Positions 28,411 through 38,062 of a DNA stretch of 64,000 nucleotides are shown here, piece after piece (positions within the stretch are counted from its first letter, which is position 1; each line of letters opens with the position of its first letter). This stretch comes from Flavobacteriales bacterium. GTDB taxonomy: Bacteria > Bacteroidota > Bacteroidia > Flavobacteriales_D > Crocinitomicaceae. Both the position numbers and the translations under genes were made by a program. The stretch spans positions 4,919 to 68,918 of the forward strand of contig JABXHO010000001.1 in NCBI GenBank assembly GCA_013373595.1, written 5' to 3'. The notes under the pieces were generated by a model that ran no database searches, was not told the DNA's origin, and was given only the letters and a program-made list of their open reading frames with translations.

Positions 28411-28704
28411 ATGAAACAAGCTTTTCAGTTTTCGAAAGATAAATTCTGCAATTTGACCATGAAATTGATTGGTGTCCGACAACCGTCATTTCTGCGGGAG
28501 GAGCACATCGGGGATACTTTACGCAATTGTTTAATTGCGCTTGAAGGAGAAGATTTGGTAACGGTGGAAGATATTTTCTTCGCGGAGCATGGAAAGCCCG
28601 TAACGAGTGGAAATACCGTAACAGATGTTCACTTCACATTAGCGAAAAAAGAGAACACGAAGAAAGATGAGTTCTTGGAAATCATCTCGAAATTTAATTC
28701 TTAA
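28411..28704 (+). CDS. hypothetical protein (97 aa)
   Basis: The internal ATG at 28411 avoids overlap with the dioxygenase gene. No recognisable motif. Confidence 0.4.
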   Translation: MKQAFQFSKDKFCNLTMKLIGVRQPSFLREEHIGDTLRNCLIALEGEDLVTVEDIFFAEHGKPVTSGNTVTDVHFTLAKKENTKKDEFLEIISKFNS

Positions 28705-28738
28705 GTGAAGCGGAAAGGAATGTAGTCTGATTTCGGTT

Positions 28739-29068
28739 CTAAAAAGAAACTTTCTCTTCCAATAATTCAATCAATTCTTTCTGGTAGTATTTGTAGTGAT
28801 CGGGAATGTGAAGAATCCGAATTTTGCGAGCATAATTTCTATCTGTATGTTGGTTGATGAGGTTCGCATGTTTTTGCTCCATAACAATGATTTCATCGGC
28901 CCAATCAGCCAGTTCTTCCGTCATTGGATTCGTTCCTTCTTTTTGGCAAATTTTCAAATTTGTTCCCGCTGAATCAAACTGGATGTGCGGATATTTTTCA
29001 GAGAAATAGTCGTCTGCTGTTTTTGATCGTTCTTTGTTAGCAGAGCAAACGAAAAGAATGTTGGTCAT
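28739..29068 (-). CDS. low-molecular-weight phosphatase family protein (LMW-PTP/ArsC-like)
   Basis: N-terminal CX5R(S) loop: ILFVCSANKERS. Confidence 0.7.
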   Translation of the reverse strand: MTNILFVCSANKERSKTADDYFSEKYPHIQFDSAGTNLKICQKEGTNPMTEELADWADEIIVMEQKHANLINQHTDRNYARKIRILHIPDHYKYYQKELIELLEEKVSF

Positions 29069-29156
29069 AACGGGCGTATTTTAAAGAATTCGGAGATTAT
29101 TGTTGAAAGATATTGAAAATTGTCTTTGGAAAGCTAATCAATCCTTCTATCAATTG

Positions 29157-29594
29157 TTACCTCACTTTCGACTTATCCAAAATATTGATGAAATGAAATC
29201 CACGCGGAGCAAATCCTTGTCCGTAGAAGAATTTATGCGCTTTGAAATTGGTCGTGTACGAATCGAGTGCGAGCATGGTACATTTTTCTTCTTTTGCTCG
29301 TTCCTCCATGTAGTCGAAGAGCATTTTACCGACACCTTTGCTTCGGTAGCGTTCTGCAACAACTACGTTATCTAGCTCCAAATACTTTCCACACCAGAGC
29401 TTCGATCCGATCCAGTATCCTGTTAACCCAGCGATGGTTTCTCCATCCATCACAACTACTTGTCCGTAATTGTGGGGAATCATGGCATCCAATTCGCGAT
29501 CGTACTCTTCCTGCGTAATCGTTGGATATACTTCTCGAAGAACTTCGAGGCTTTCAAGCATTTCTTCCTTTGTTTTGAGCTCTCTTACTTCCAT
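29157..29594 (-). CDS. GNAT family N-acetyltransferase
   Basis: Acetyl-CoA binding motif RYRSKGVGKMLF. Confidence 0.85.
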   Translation of the reverse strand: MEVRELKTKEEMLESLEVLREVYPTITQEEYDRELDAMIPHNYGQVVVMDGETIAGLTGYWIGSKLWCGKYLELDNVVVAERYRSKGVGKMLFDYMEERAKEEKCTMLALDSYTTNFKAHKFFYGQGFAPRGFHFINILDKSKVR

Positions 29595-29601
29595 GTTCTG
29601 A

Positions 29602-31944
29602 TTATTTATTCAGTTCTCGATCAAATAAGTTGTAGATTCTTCGGTATTCATCCACCCAAGAAGATGTTTTTCTAAAGGCATGTGGTTCAACGGGATAAAT
29701 CGCCATTTCCCAGTTCGTTTTTCCTAACTCGATGAAGCGCTGAGACAGGCGAACGACATCTTGGAATTGAACATTGTCATCCACCATTCCGTGCAACATC
29801 AATAAATGATCTTCTAAATTTTCGGCGAAGTAAATCGGTGAACTTTGTTTGTATGCTTTGGGATCTGATGTTGGGTAATTCAGAATATTTGAGGTGTACT
29901 CGTGATTGTAGTGGAACCAGTCGGTAACGGAGCGAATGGCAGCGCCACATTGGAATTTTCCCGGTTCTTTAAGTAAGGCCATAATCGTGATAAATCCACC
30001 GTATGATCCGCCATAAATACCGACGCGATCGGGATCAATTCCCAGAGAATCAATCAGAAATTGTCGTCCGTCGACTTGATCGCTTAAGTCTTTGCTTCCC
30101 ATGTGTCGATATATTGCCGTTCGGTAGTCGCGACCATATCCTTTACTCGCGCGGTAATCGATGTCTAGAACTGTATACCCGTTATCTCGTAGCAAATTGT
30201 GGAACATGAATTCACGGTAGTATCCGCTCCAATAGTTGTGGGCATTTTGAAGGTAGCCTGCGCCGTGCACAAAGATGACAGCTGCACCATTTTTTGCAGA
30301 TCCCTCAGGTTGGAATAATCGAGCATGAACGGCTTCACCATCGGAAGCGGAGAAGGTGATCACTTCGGGAGAATACCAATCGTAATCATTAAATTGCTCC
30401 GAAGTCGAATTTGTTAATCGGGTGAGTGTTGCCCCTTTCTTGTTTTCCGCAATGTACACTTCCCATGGCGATGTTTTCCCAGAATAGCGTACGGCTAATT
30501 TCTTTTCATCGGGAGAAATAGCAACCTCGTGATTACCGTCAAGTGTTAGAATAGGAATGAGTTCCCCTGTCTGAATGATCAAATGATAAAAGGCTCGATT
30601 TCCAGGGTGATTTTTGTTCGCTGTAATGTAAAAACGATCTTTTTTTGATGAAACTTTGGCATCGTAGACTTCCCAATTCCCCTGCGTAAGCTGCTTCGGT
30701 TTTTTTGCGTCAATTCCCATTGAATACAAATGAGAGAAGCCTGTAGCTTCGCTTTGAAAGTAGAAGGTTTTATTGTCGATCCAGCCCACGTTTCCAGGAA
30801 CCATATTCCAATTTGAAATGCCCGGTCCGCCAATCCACGCTTCGTCGTGTTGGTGATCGAGGACGCTGATTTTACCGTTTTCTAAGTTGACTTCCACAAT
30901 CCAACGATCTTTGTTGTCATAACTGCGGACGTCTAGAATATTTCGTTTTCCATTTTCAGAGAAAATAAGTTGGTGCATGATGATCTTTCGGTCTTCGCTG
31001 TAAACATCGCTTGTATCTCCATATACTTCGGTCAAATACTTTGGCTTTGTTCGAATGTTGGGAAGCGTAGAGAAATCGACGAAATAACTCGTGTCGTTTT
31101 GAATATCGTAAATGCCCAGTTTGTGTGACGGGTCCTCATCATGTACTTTCGCTCTCGCAGTTTGAGCATAGGTGTGACCATCAGCCGAAATATGATGGTC
31201 GACGTGGGTTTTTGTTGTTTCAGGATAATCATTCACGCGGTAGGTGATAAACTTTCCTGTTCCGTCTATTTGAATATTGCTCAGTGATGTTCCTTGGAAA
31301 TAAACGGTTGGAACAGAAGATTGAAACGCCTTTCGTTGTTCTTCTCTCCATGTTTGATCGGCTTCTTCTTCCTGTAAAAACTGAAACAGTTCTAATTCTT
31401 CTTGTTCCATGTAATTTTTCTCAGCTTCTTTGGGAAGTTCGCCATTCTCAAAATTTACCAATTGCTTGATACTACGCGCTTCGATGCAATACACGTAAAA
31501 TCCCATTCCGTCTTGGTAGAAAGCAAATGATTTATCTGCGCTCCGCTGAACATTTCCAATAGATGAAGCTGTTTTTAATAGGAGTTCTGTTTTCTGTGAC
31601 GATTGATCGTAGCGGTACAAATTTCCTTGCCACGCGTAGATTTCCACGGGATGAAGTTTGTTTCCTTGGTATTCCGCGTTCGTTTTATAGAAATCGGGTG
31701 TTACCGAATCAATCGATTTGTCTTTGATCGAGTAGGAGTAGGTCGAACTCCCTGACTGATTGTATCTATTCCAATTGAAAAGGATGTGGTTTCCGTCGAG
31801 CGACCATCGAATGTTTTCGGGCTGATGACCAATAAAGTCATTTCCAGCCATGATTTCCTCGATTTTTAAAGTGGATTTATTTTCCGCTTGTTGCGCGAGA
31901 AGCTGGAGAGATGAAAAAAATAGAAGGAGAGAAAAGAGTTTCAT
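29602..31944 (-). CDS. S9 family serine peptidase (prolyl oligopeptidase/DPP-like), secreted
   Basis: Signal peptide, N-terminal beta-propeller-like half, and nucleophile elbow GGSYGG with downstream D and H. Confidence 0.9.
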   Translation of the reverse strand: MKLFSLLLFFSSLQLLAQQAENKSTLKIEEIMAGNDFIGHQPENIRWSLDGNHILFNWNRYNQSGSSTYSYSIKDKSIDSVTPDFYKTNAEYQGNKLHPVEIYAWQGNLYRYDQSSQKTELLLKTASSIGNVQRSADKSFAFYQDGMGFYVYCIEARSIKQLVNFENGELPKEAEKNYMEQEELELFQFLQEEEADQTWREEQRKAFQSSVPTVYFQGTSLSNIQIDGTGKFITYRVNDYPETTKTHVDHHISADGHTYAQTARAKVHDEDPSHKLGIYDIQNDTSYFVDFSTLPNIRTKPKYLTEVYGDTSDVYSEDRKIIMHQLIFSENGKRNILDVRSYDNKDRWIVEVNLENGKISVLDHQHDEAWIGGPGISNWNMVPGNVGWIDNKTFYFQSEATGFSHLYSMGIDAKKPKQLTQGNWEVYDAKVSSKKDRFYITANKNHPGNRAFYHLIIQTGELIPILTLDGNHEVAISPDEKKLAVRYSGKTSPWEVYIAENKKGATLTRLTNSTSEQFNDYDWYSPEVITFSASDGEAVHARLFQPEGSAKNGAAVIFVHGAGYLQNAHNYWSGYYREFMFHNLLRDNGYTVLDIDYRASKGYGRDYRTAIYRHMGSKDLSDQVDGRQFLIDSLGIDPDRVGIYGGSYGGFITIMALLKEPGKFQCGAAIRSVTDWFHYNHEYTSNILNYPTSDPKAYKQSSPIYFAENLEDHLLMLHGMVDDNVQFQDVVRLSQRFIELGKTNWEMAIYPVEPHAFRKTSSWVDEYRRIYNLFDRELNK

Positions 31945-32039
31945 GTATTGTCTGTTTCTCTCAAAAATAATCGTTCTCTTTTGAATTGAATCAAGATTGG
32001 CTTTGAATCGATTGAATTTATGGATTCATTCATTCGTCT

Positions 32040-32882
32040 CTAAAATTCATAGATGAATCCGAGGGAAACAGTTGCGAAATGCAACCAATTTTTCACGTAA
32101 CCATCACCTGGCCCTTTGGTGTCGTCAGACGTACCAACAGCTCCACCGCCCAAGTAACGCAAATTGAGAAATGCCGAAACGGGATCGTTGATTTTCACTC
32201 CACCTCGCACGCTTGCATCCAAAATGGCTCCTACAACTTCGTTGTCGCTTCCGTTCAGATAACTCACAGGAGCGTAAATTCCGTCAGCTTCGAGTCCCAA
32301 GTAAAAGCGTTCATTCAAGTTGGCTCTTCCTCGGATTTTGAGTGCTGGAACAATTCCAACATCACGATTCGTTCGATAGAGTGTTCCATCGGCCGATTCG
32401 AAAGAAATGGTGGCGTTCCGTATTTGAACCGTTCCTCCAACCGCGAATTTGTATTTTTCACTTTTCGGAAGAAGCTCTCGCAGATAACTTAGTCGGTAAA
32501 AGGGGAAATTGTACAATAACTTAACACTGGTTCCTTGTGCAAAGAGCGCATCATCCACAATTAAGTCTTCATCCAATAAAACTTGACTTTCCAATCGTAA
32601 GGGCTGATACAGAAAGGTGAGTGTATTTCGTTTTTTAAAGTCAACCTCTACCGATAATCGACTTACGGGAAATAGAACATCCTGTCCACCATCTTTGCGA
32701 TAATCGAAGTAGGTTCCGTTGTTGCTGAACTGAATTTTATGATCGAGTACTCCCACAAAACCTAACTCTGCAACGCCTCTAACTTTAAGGTTTTCATTAA
32801 GTGTCACATTTGGCGCATTTATTTGACCAAAGGCAAGAAGAGAAGTGGAGACAAGGAAGATAGATGAGAGAATTTTTTTCAT
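32040..32882 (-). CDS. hypothetical outer-membrane beta-barrel protein
   Basis: Signal peptide MKKILSSIFLVSTSLLAFGQ, alternating strand pattern, and a C-terminal aromatic end (GFIYEF). Confidence 0.6.
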   Translation of the reverse strand: MKKILSSIFLVSTSLLAFGQINAPNVTLNENLKVRGVAELGFVGVLDHKIQFSNNGTYFDYRKDGGQDVLFPVSRLSVEVDFKKRNTLTFLYQPLRLESQVLLDEDLIVDDALFAQGTSVKLLYNFPFYRLSYLRELLPKSEKYKFAVGGTVQIRNATISFESADGTLYRTNRDVGIVPALKIRGRANLNERFYLGLEADGIYAPVSYLNGSDNEVVGAILDASVRGGVKINDPVSAFLNLRYLGGGAVGTSDDTKGPGDGYVKNWLHFATVSLGFIYEF

Positions 32883-33058
32883 TTTAAAGTGTTTTGTTTA
32901 ATGATTTAATCGAAAATATAAACAAAATTAATTGATTTCAACGTTTTGTCGTCAAAACTCTTGCAGAAATAGCTGAAACTGTTCGAATGAATTCCCATAA
33001 AGAAGTCCCATCAGATGCTGACGAGACTTCAAGGTTTAGTTGTACGGTGAGGCTTTGT

Positions 33059-34279
33059 TTATGGCCAGTTCTTAACAGACGTTTTTGATTTGATCACGTT
33101 AAACCCAACATTTATTCCTACAATTCCACCGTCTTTTTTCGCTGAATAGAAGGCATTAACGGGAATATTGAGCGATCCAGCTCGGAATGTTCTTCCTAAG
33201 GCAAAGAGAAAGCTTGTGGTTAATTGCGTTCTACCTCGTGTATCAGCGAAGCGCGAATCAAAGTTGTATGACTCAACAAACTCGCTCGGTGCAGGACGAG
33301 AGTACACACCGTTAACTTGAAATTGAGGATCGTCTACATACTTTCTGTCCGCGTAATCGTTCCAATCTGCTTCAGAAATATAGTCACCTGCATTTCCGAA
33401 AGCTCCTTGAGTGTCAAAGAATCCTTTGGTAGTCTGTCTCAGTCCAATTCCTGGTCCAAAGGCGAACTCCCATCCTGCTTTTCCGAATCGAAACCCGTTT
33501 AAAAAACTCATTGTTGGAATGAATCGTCCCTGCTCCAAACCAGAAACGTTCGGGATAAATTCAAATAGCGCGGAAAAATTTTCTGTTCCGATGTATTGTT
33601 TCTCGAATTGATAACCGATCATACTAACACCGGGGAAGATGTCCAATCCACCTTGACCTTCTGGACGTAGGGCAAATTCCATCAAGTCTCCCGTCATAAT
33701 TGCATATCCAACTCGTGGTCCTGAATTGTTGATTCTCCCTACATTGTTCAACGTTGCTGGTTCATCCTTAAAATAAAGACGATCGGTTAGCAGTTTATCG
33801 ATTTCTAAACCGTGCAATTTTCGTACTGCACATTGTGTCATTCGTTGAAGTTCCAATTCCTGGTCATCAAATTCGAGCATAGAGGTTCGAATAACTTCAC
33901 CTTTGGAGACATCCACGAGCTTGAGTTGGATTACGATTTTGTTTCCAAGTTTGTCGTAGGAACCAGAAATGGTATAATTAACAGTCAATTTTTTTCCAAG
34001 GCGAGTCAAGCAAAATTTCGATTGACATTGTGACTCGAACTCTTCGCTTTCGGCGGTTACTTCGGCCATGTCAAAAGCATCATATACGTAGTATAAATCG
34101 AGTTTAGCGAGTTCTATTCGCAGCATTTTTTCAGCTGTGATGGCTTGGGTTTGCATGCCTGTTACTGCGGGTCGAGCAACAGCAATTTTGTCGGGGTGTG
34201 TTTCTTGCGCAAATGATTTCATCCCGAATAGGAAACAAATGGCTAGTAAAGCGGAGTGTGTGTAGTATCTTTTTTTCAT
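33059..34279 (-). CDS. hypothetical secreted protein with TolB_N/CsgG-like N-terminal domain and beta-rich C-terminal half
   Basis: Signal peptide. The N-terminal pattern IAVARP...CQSKFCLTRLGKKLTVNYTISGSYDKLGNKIVIQLKLVDVSKGEVI resembles TolB_N-type modules. Confidence 0.55.
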   Translation of the reverse strand: MKKRYYTHSALLAICFLFGMKSFAQETHPDKIAVARPAVTGMQTQAITAEKMLRIELAKLDLYYVYDAFDMAEVTAESEEFESQCQSKFCLTRLGKKLTVNYTISGSYDKLGNKIVIQLKLVDVSKGEVIRTSMLEFDDQELELQRMTQCAVRKLHGLEIDKLLTDRLYFKDEPATLNNVGRINNSGPRVGYAIMTGDLMEFALRPEGQGGLDIFPGVSMIGYQFEKQYIGTENFSALFEFIPNVSGLEQGRFIPTMSFLNGFRFGKAGWEFAFGPGIGLRQTTKGFFDTQGAFGNAGDYISEADWNDYADRKYVDDPQFQVNGVYSRPAPSEFVESYNFDSRFADTRGRTQLTTSFLFALGRTFRAGSLNIPVNAFYSAKKDGGIVGINVGFNVIKSKTSVKNWP

Positions 34280-34374
34280 AACATTTGATTTGTATGAGTC
34301 AAATGTATGAGCAGATCACCGCAGACCAAAACGGAATTACGCAACTACAAAAAAGCGACTTGCGAATTTCGCAA

Positions 34375-35391
34375 CTAACTTAATTCATTCACTTCAGTTT
34401 CAATCTTATTTTTCACCTTCTCGATATGATCACGAAGTCGGTAGAAGAATTGATTTCTTTCTTTTGGATTATTAACACTGATGAGACTGGCATTTTCGAA
34501 CTGGCGGCTCAATACGTCTTTTGCATCTTGAATGTATTGCTGATCGAAGGTATTCATTGTATTCATAAGGTTGTGTGCCATGTTCAAGCCTTCACGCTCT
34601 TCTGTTCTGTAATACGTAATTGTTGTGCCGTTAATCGTATCGTTCAGGTACACTTCCAGTTCATTTCCATTGGCGGGAGGAGAAGTCCTGAAGACAAATT
34701 TCTTCCCGATTTCGCATTGCTCGCGCACATGATCCACGAATAACATCAGTTGATTGAGGAGGTGAACGGCATACGCTGGATCTTCAAACAGACGGGCATT
34801 GAAATAGTAAACAATTTCTCTAACGAACCCGAGCATGAATTCAGGGTCGAGTAATTCTTTGGATGGAATGGACGTGTAGTCTCTTAAAATTTGTCTTCCA
34901 ACCTTGTCTTGATTGGGTGTCATTTTGTGATGAGCAAACCGTTGCTTCTTTAATTCAGGAACGCGTAGATATGTTCGTCCCCAGAAGAAAAGCTTGAATC
35001 GCGTAAGATGTGGGAAGTTTAGGAGTTGCAAAAAGTGCGTATTGTTGATTGCCATGATGAGTTCAGGCGACTTTTGTTTTCGCACATTTTCCAATCCAAA
35101 GGCAATTTTTTCAAGGTACGAATCCATATTGAAGTCGATGTGCGCAATTGGCTGGAAGTCGAAAATCACCTTGTTGTCATCGCTCTCAAACAAACGATCC
35201 AATGATATATTATAGTACTTGGAAATTTTTTCGAGTTCGTAGATCGAAAATTGTGTTTCCCCACGATATCGCCGATAAACAGCATCTTCACTAATGGAAA
35301 GAACACTGCTGAGAGCGGCTCCAAGCGATTGCTCGCCATTAATTTTACGCTTGATTATTTCAAACAGTTCAGCTTGACGGTCTTTTTGCAT
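34375..35391 (-). CDS. helix-turn-helix (XRE-like) domain protein with large uncharacterised C-terminal domain
   Basis: The N-terminus LGAALSSVLSISEDAVYRRYRGETQFSIYELEKISKYYNISLDRLF looks like an HTH. Confidence 0.55.
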   Translation of the reverse strand: MQKDRQAELFEIIKRKINGEQSLGAALSSVLSISEDAVYRRYRGETQFSIYELEKISKYYNISLDRLFESDDNKVIFDFQPIAHIDFNMDSYLEKIAFGLENVRKQKSPELIMAINNTHFLQLLNFPHLTRFKLFFWGRTYLRVPELKKQRFAHHKMTPNQDKVGRQILRDYTSIPSKELLDPEFMLGFVREIVYYFNARLFEDPAYAVHLLNQLMLFVDHVREQCEIGKKFVFRTSPPANGNELEVYLNDTINGTTITYYRTEEREGLNMAHNLMNTMNTFDQQYIQDAKDVLSRQFENASLISVNNPKERNQFFYRLRDHIEKVKNKIETEVNELS

Positions 35392-35501
35392 GTGGTGAAA
35401 ATAATGAATTCGCGTGATTCTGTTTACAGAAAGTGATCTTGTCGAAGAGTGATGAAATCGAAAAAATGAACACTTAAGGCATCAATTTCAGTTAAATACC
35501 T

Positions 35502-35509
35502 TATCTTTG
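35502..35509 (+). promoter_or_regulatory. -7 promoter box TATCTTTG for rpsP operon
   Basis: Lies 73 nt upstream of the rpsP ATG. Confidence 0.4.
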
Positions 35510-35582
35510 CCCTCCCTTCTCACAGGATAAGGGATTTTTTAATTTATGAATAGGAGTTTCGCACTCCAAACAATAAACAAAT

Positions 35583-36170
35583 ATGGCAACTAAAATTAGA
35601 TTGCAAAGACACGGTAAGAAAGGAAAAGCATTCTTTCACCTTGTAGCAGCGGATAGCCGCGCACCACGTGATGGACGTTACATCGAGAAATTGGGAACGT
35701 ACAATCCAAACACAAATCCAGCAACAATTGAAATGGACTTCGACCGTACATTACATTGGGTACAAGTTGGAGCTGAAATGACAGATACAGCGCGTGCGTT
35801 GTTGTCATACAAAGGAATCCTTCACAAAAATCACCTATTGAACGGTGTGAAAAAAGGAGCTTTGACAACTGAACAAGCGGAAGAAAAATTCGCAAAATGG
35901 TTGGAAGAGAAAGAAGGTAAGATTCAAGGAAAGAAAGATTCTTTGATGAGTGCTGAAGAAAAAGCGAAAGCTGATCGTTTGAAAGCAGAAGCTGAATTGA
36001 ACGAAGCGCGTGCGAAAGAAATCGCTGCGAAAAACGCTCCAGAAGTAGAAGAAGCAACGGAAGAAGCTCCAGCAGCAGAGGGAGAAGAAGCACCAGTTGA
36101 AGAAGCGGCTCCTGAAGTTGAAGCTACTGAAGAAGCACCAGCTGAAGAAGAAGCTAAAGACGAAGAATAA
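35583..36170 (+). CDS. rpsP: 30S ribosomal protein S16 with long E/A/K-rich C-terminal extension
   Basis: The N-terminus [42 protein letters not shown] is classic S16. The tail beyond about aa 90 is low complexity. Confidence 0.95.
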   Translation: MATKIRLQRHGKKGKAFFHLVAADSRAPRDGRYIEKLGTYNPNTNPATIEMDFDRTLHWVQVGAEMTDTARALLSYKGILHKNHLLNGVKKGALTTEQAEEKFAKWLEEKEGKIQGKKDSLMSAEEKAKADRLKAEAELNEARAKEIAAKNAPEVEEATEEAPAAEGEEAPVEEAAPEVEATEEAPAEEEAKDEE

Positions 36171-36182
36171 AAAATACCATTG

Positions 36183-36710
36183 ATGAACAAAGCAGATTGC
36201 TTTCATCTAGGATATATTGCGAAACTCCACGGATTTAAAGGTGGAGTTTCGCTGTTTTTAGATGTCACAAACCCTGAAGATTATCGCGGTCTCGACGCGA
36301 TTTTCATTGACATCAACAATCATCTTACGCCCTTTTTTATTGATAGCATGCGTCTGAATGCGCGTGGCTTCGCAATTTTAAAGCTAGAAGGCGTAGATGA
36401 TGAGAATACCGCTAAGAAAATCCTACGAAAAGATGTTTACTTACCAGCTGAGATTCTTCCGGAACTCGATGGGATTCAGTTTTACGATCATGAAGTAGTT
36501 GGATTCAAAGTAATCGATGAACGGTTCGGTGAAGTAGGAGAGATGCAACAAGTTATCGACTTGAAAGTGAATCCACTCTTGCAAATTGACAAGGACGGAA
36601 TTGAAATACTCGTTCCATTGATTGAAGGCGTGATCAAAAAAGTAGATCGAGACAAAAAAGAGTTGCATATTCTTGCACCAGAAGGTCTGATCGAACTCTA
36701 CTTGGGGTAA
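36183..36710 (+). CDS. rimM: 16S rRNA processing protein RimM
   Basis: LGYIAKLHGFKG start, a PRC-barrel-like C-terminus, and synteny after rpsP. Confidence 0.9.
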   Translation: MNKADCFHLGYIAKLHGFKGGVSLFLDVTNPEDYRGLDAIFIDINNHLTPFFIDSMRLNARGFAILKLEGVDDENTAKKILRKDVYLPAEILPELDGIQFYDHEVVGFKVIDERFGEVGEMQQVIDLKVNPLLQIDKDGIEILVPLIEGVIKKVDRDKKELHILAPEGLIELYLG

Positions 36711-37420
36711 TGTCTACCTTTCAATTCAAACATTTTTCTGTTTCTCAAAACAACGCGACCATGAAAGTGGGAACGGACGCCATGTTGCTCGGTTCGTTGG
36801 TGGAAGCCGAAAATCCATCTTCCATTTTGGACATTGGCACGGGGACAGGTGTCATTGCACTGATGCTGGCTCAGCGTTTCGAAAATGCTAACGTTTCTGG
36901 TCTTGAAATAGATGAAGAAGCGTCCCAAGAAGCAAAGCAAAATTTTGAGCAATCTACCTGGAAAGATCGACTCGAAGCCATTCATGGCGATATCTTGAAC
37001 ATTCAGTTCAACCGTAAATTTGATCTCATCGTTTCGAATCCTCCGTATTACGAGAATTCACTCATTAGCGAAAATGAACGTACTTCTCGCGCCAAGCATG
37101 CCGAATTTCTTCCGATTGATCAATTACTGCGTAAAGTTGCCTCCATTCTAACCGAGAGCGGATCATTTTGGGTGATTGTTCCTTCGGAAAATGCTCAAAC
37201 ATGGATGAACGAGGCCGAGCAAAATCAACTTTCTCTACACACGTCAATTGCGATTATTGGAAAAGAAGGTCAGAGCGAAAAACGTCGAATTATGGCGTTT
37301 TCTAAGGAAGAAAAAACTTTCAAATCAGCTAGTTTAACCATCCGAAATATCGATGGAAACTATACGCCCGAATACATCGAGTTAACAAAAGAATTTCACG
37401 ATCGGGATTTATCGAAGTGA
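36710..37420 (+). CDS. tRNA (adenine-N6)-methyltransferase, YfiC/TrmN6-like
   Basis: SAM motif ILDIGTGTGVIALMLAQR and catalytic NPPY. Overlaps rimM by one nt in TAATG. Confidence 0.8.
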   Translation: MSTFQFKHFSVSQNNATMKVGTDAMLLGSLVEAENPSSILDIGTGTGVIALMLAQRFENANVSGLEIDEEASQEAKQNFEQSTWKDRLEAIHGDILNIQFNRKFDLIVSNPPYYENSLISENERTSRAKHAEFLPIDQLLRKVASILTESGSFWVIVPSENAQTWMNEAEQNQLSLHTSIAIIGKEGQSEKRRIMAFSKEEKTFKSASLTIRNIDGNYTPEYIELTKEFHDRDLSK

Positions 37421-37993
37421 TCTCAACTTTTCTAACAACTCCATCTGCAAGTCAACTCCCTTGTTCTTATTGTACCACGCCTGAAACTCAATCTTTTTGT
37501 CTTCATTTGATTTCGTTTCATCTTCTTTGTGCTGAAGGAGCAGTGTTTGAGCTTTCTTCGGACGTGGTCCCCAAACGAAAAGGTCATTTCCATCTTTGTC
37601 ACGCACTACCAAAATTGGGATGGATTTACTCGTTCCGTTCGTTAAGTATTGATCAATCAGAGAATCGTTGCCATCGCGTAAATTAACACGAAAGTCAATT
37701 TTATCGTTCAATTGAGAAGCCATGTAAATAAATGGAGTAGAGTGAGCAGCATCACCACACCAAGGCTCGGAAATCAAAATCCATTCTTGTGGTTCTGAAA
37801 TTTTCTCGATTTCCTCTTTTAACTCATCCAAAATAACACCACGCTTGAACCAACGATTCTGACGGGTTAAATTCAAGGATACGTAGTTGACGAAGTTTTC
37901 GTTGTCGTAAGGAGTTGCAGTGTTCTTCTTAGCGATGATGTCCTCAAAAAGGGAGATATATGTATTCCAGTTCATTTGTCTTTTGTTTGTCAA
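37409..37993 (-). CDS. thioredoxin-fold family protein
   Basis: 194 aa with the motif EPWCGDAAH in a thioredoxin-like context. Confidence 0.7.
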   Translation of the reverse strand: MTNKRQMNWNTYISLFEDIIAKKNTATPYDNENFVNYVSLNLTRQNRWFKRGVILDELKEEIEKISEPQEWILISEPWCGDAAHSTPFIYMASQLNDKIDFRVNLRDGNDSLIDQYLTNGTSKSIPILVVRDKDGNDLFVWGPRPKKAQTLLLQHKEDETKSNEDKKIEFQAWYNKNKGVDLQMELLEKLRSLR

Positions 37994-38062
37994 TTTTGAT
38001 CGTACAAGAACGGACTTTCTTACAATTCATTCGGTAATATTGGTTGCATAGCAATAATGGGA

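Noticed and set aside
35596-36206. Three minus-strand ORFs (165, 123 and 88 aa) opposite rpsP.
   Set aside because: They are artefacts of the GAA/GCT-rich low-complexity tail of S16. Their products are L/S/F-rich repeats, and rpsP on the plus strand is unambiguous.
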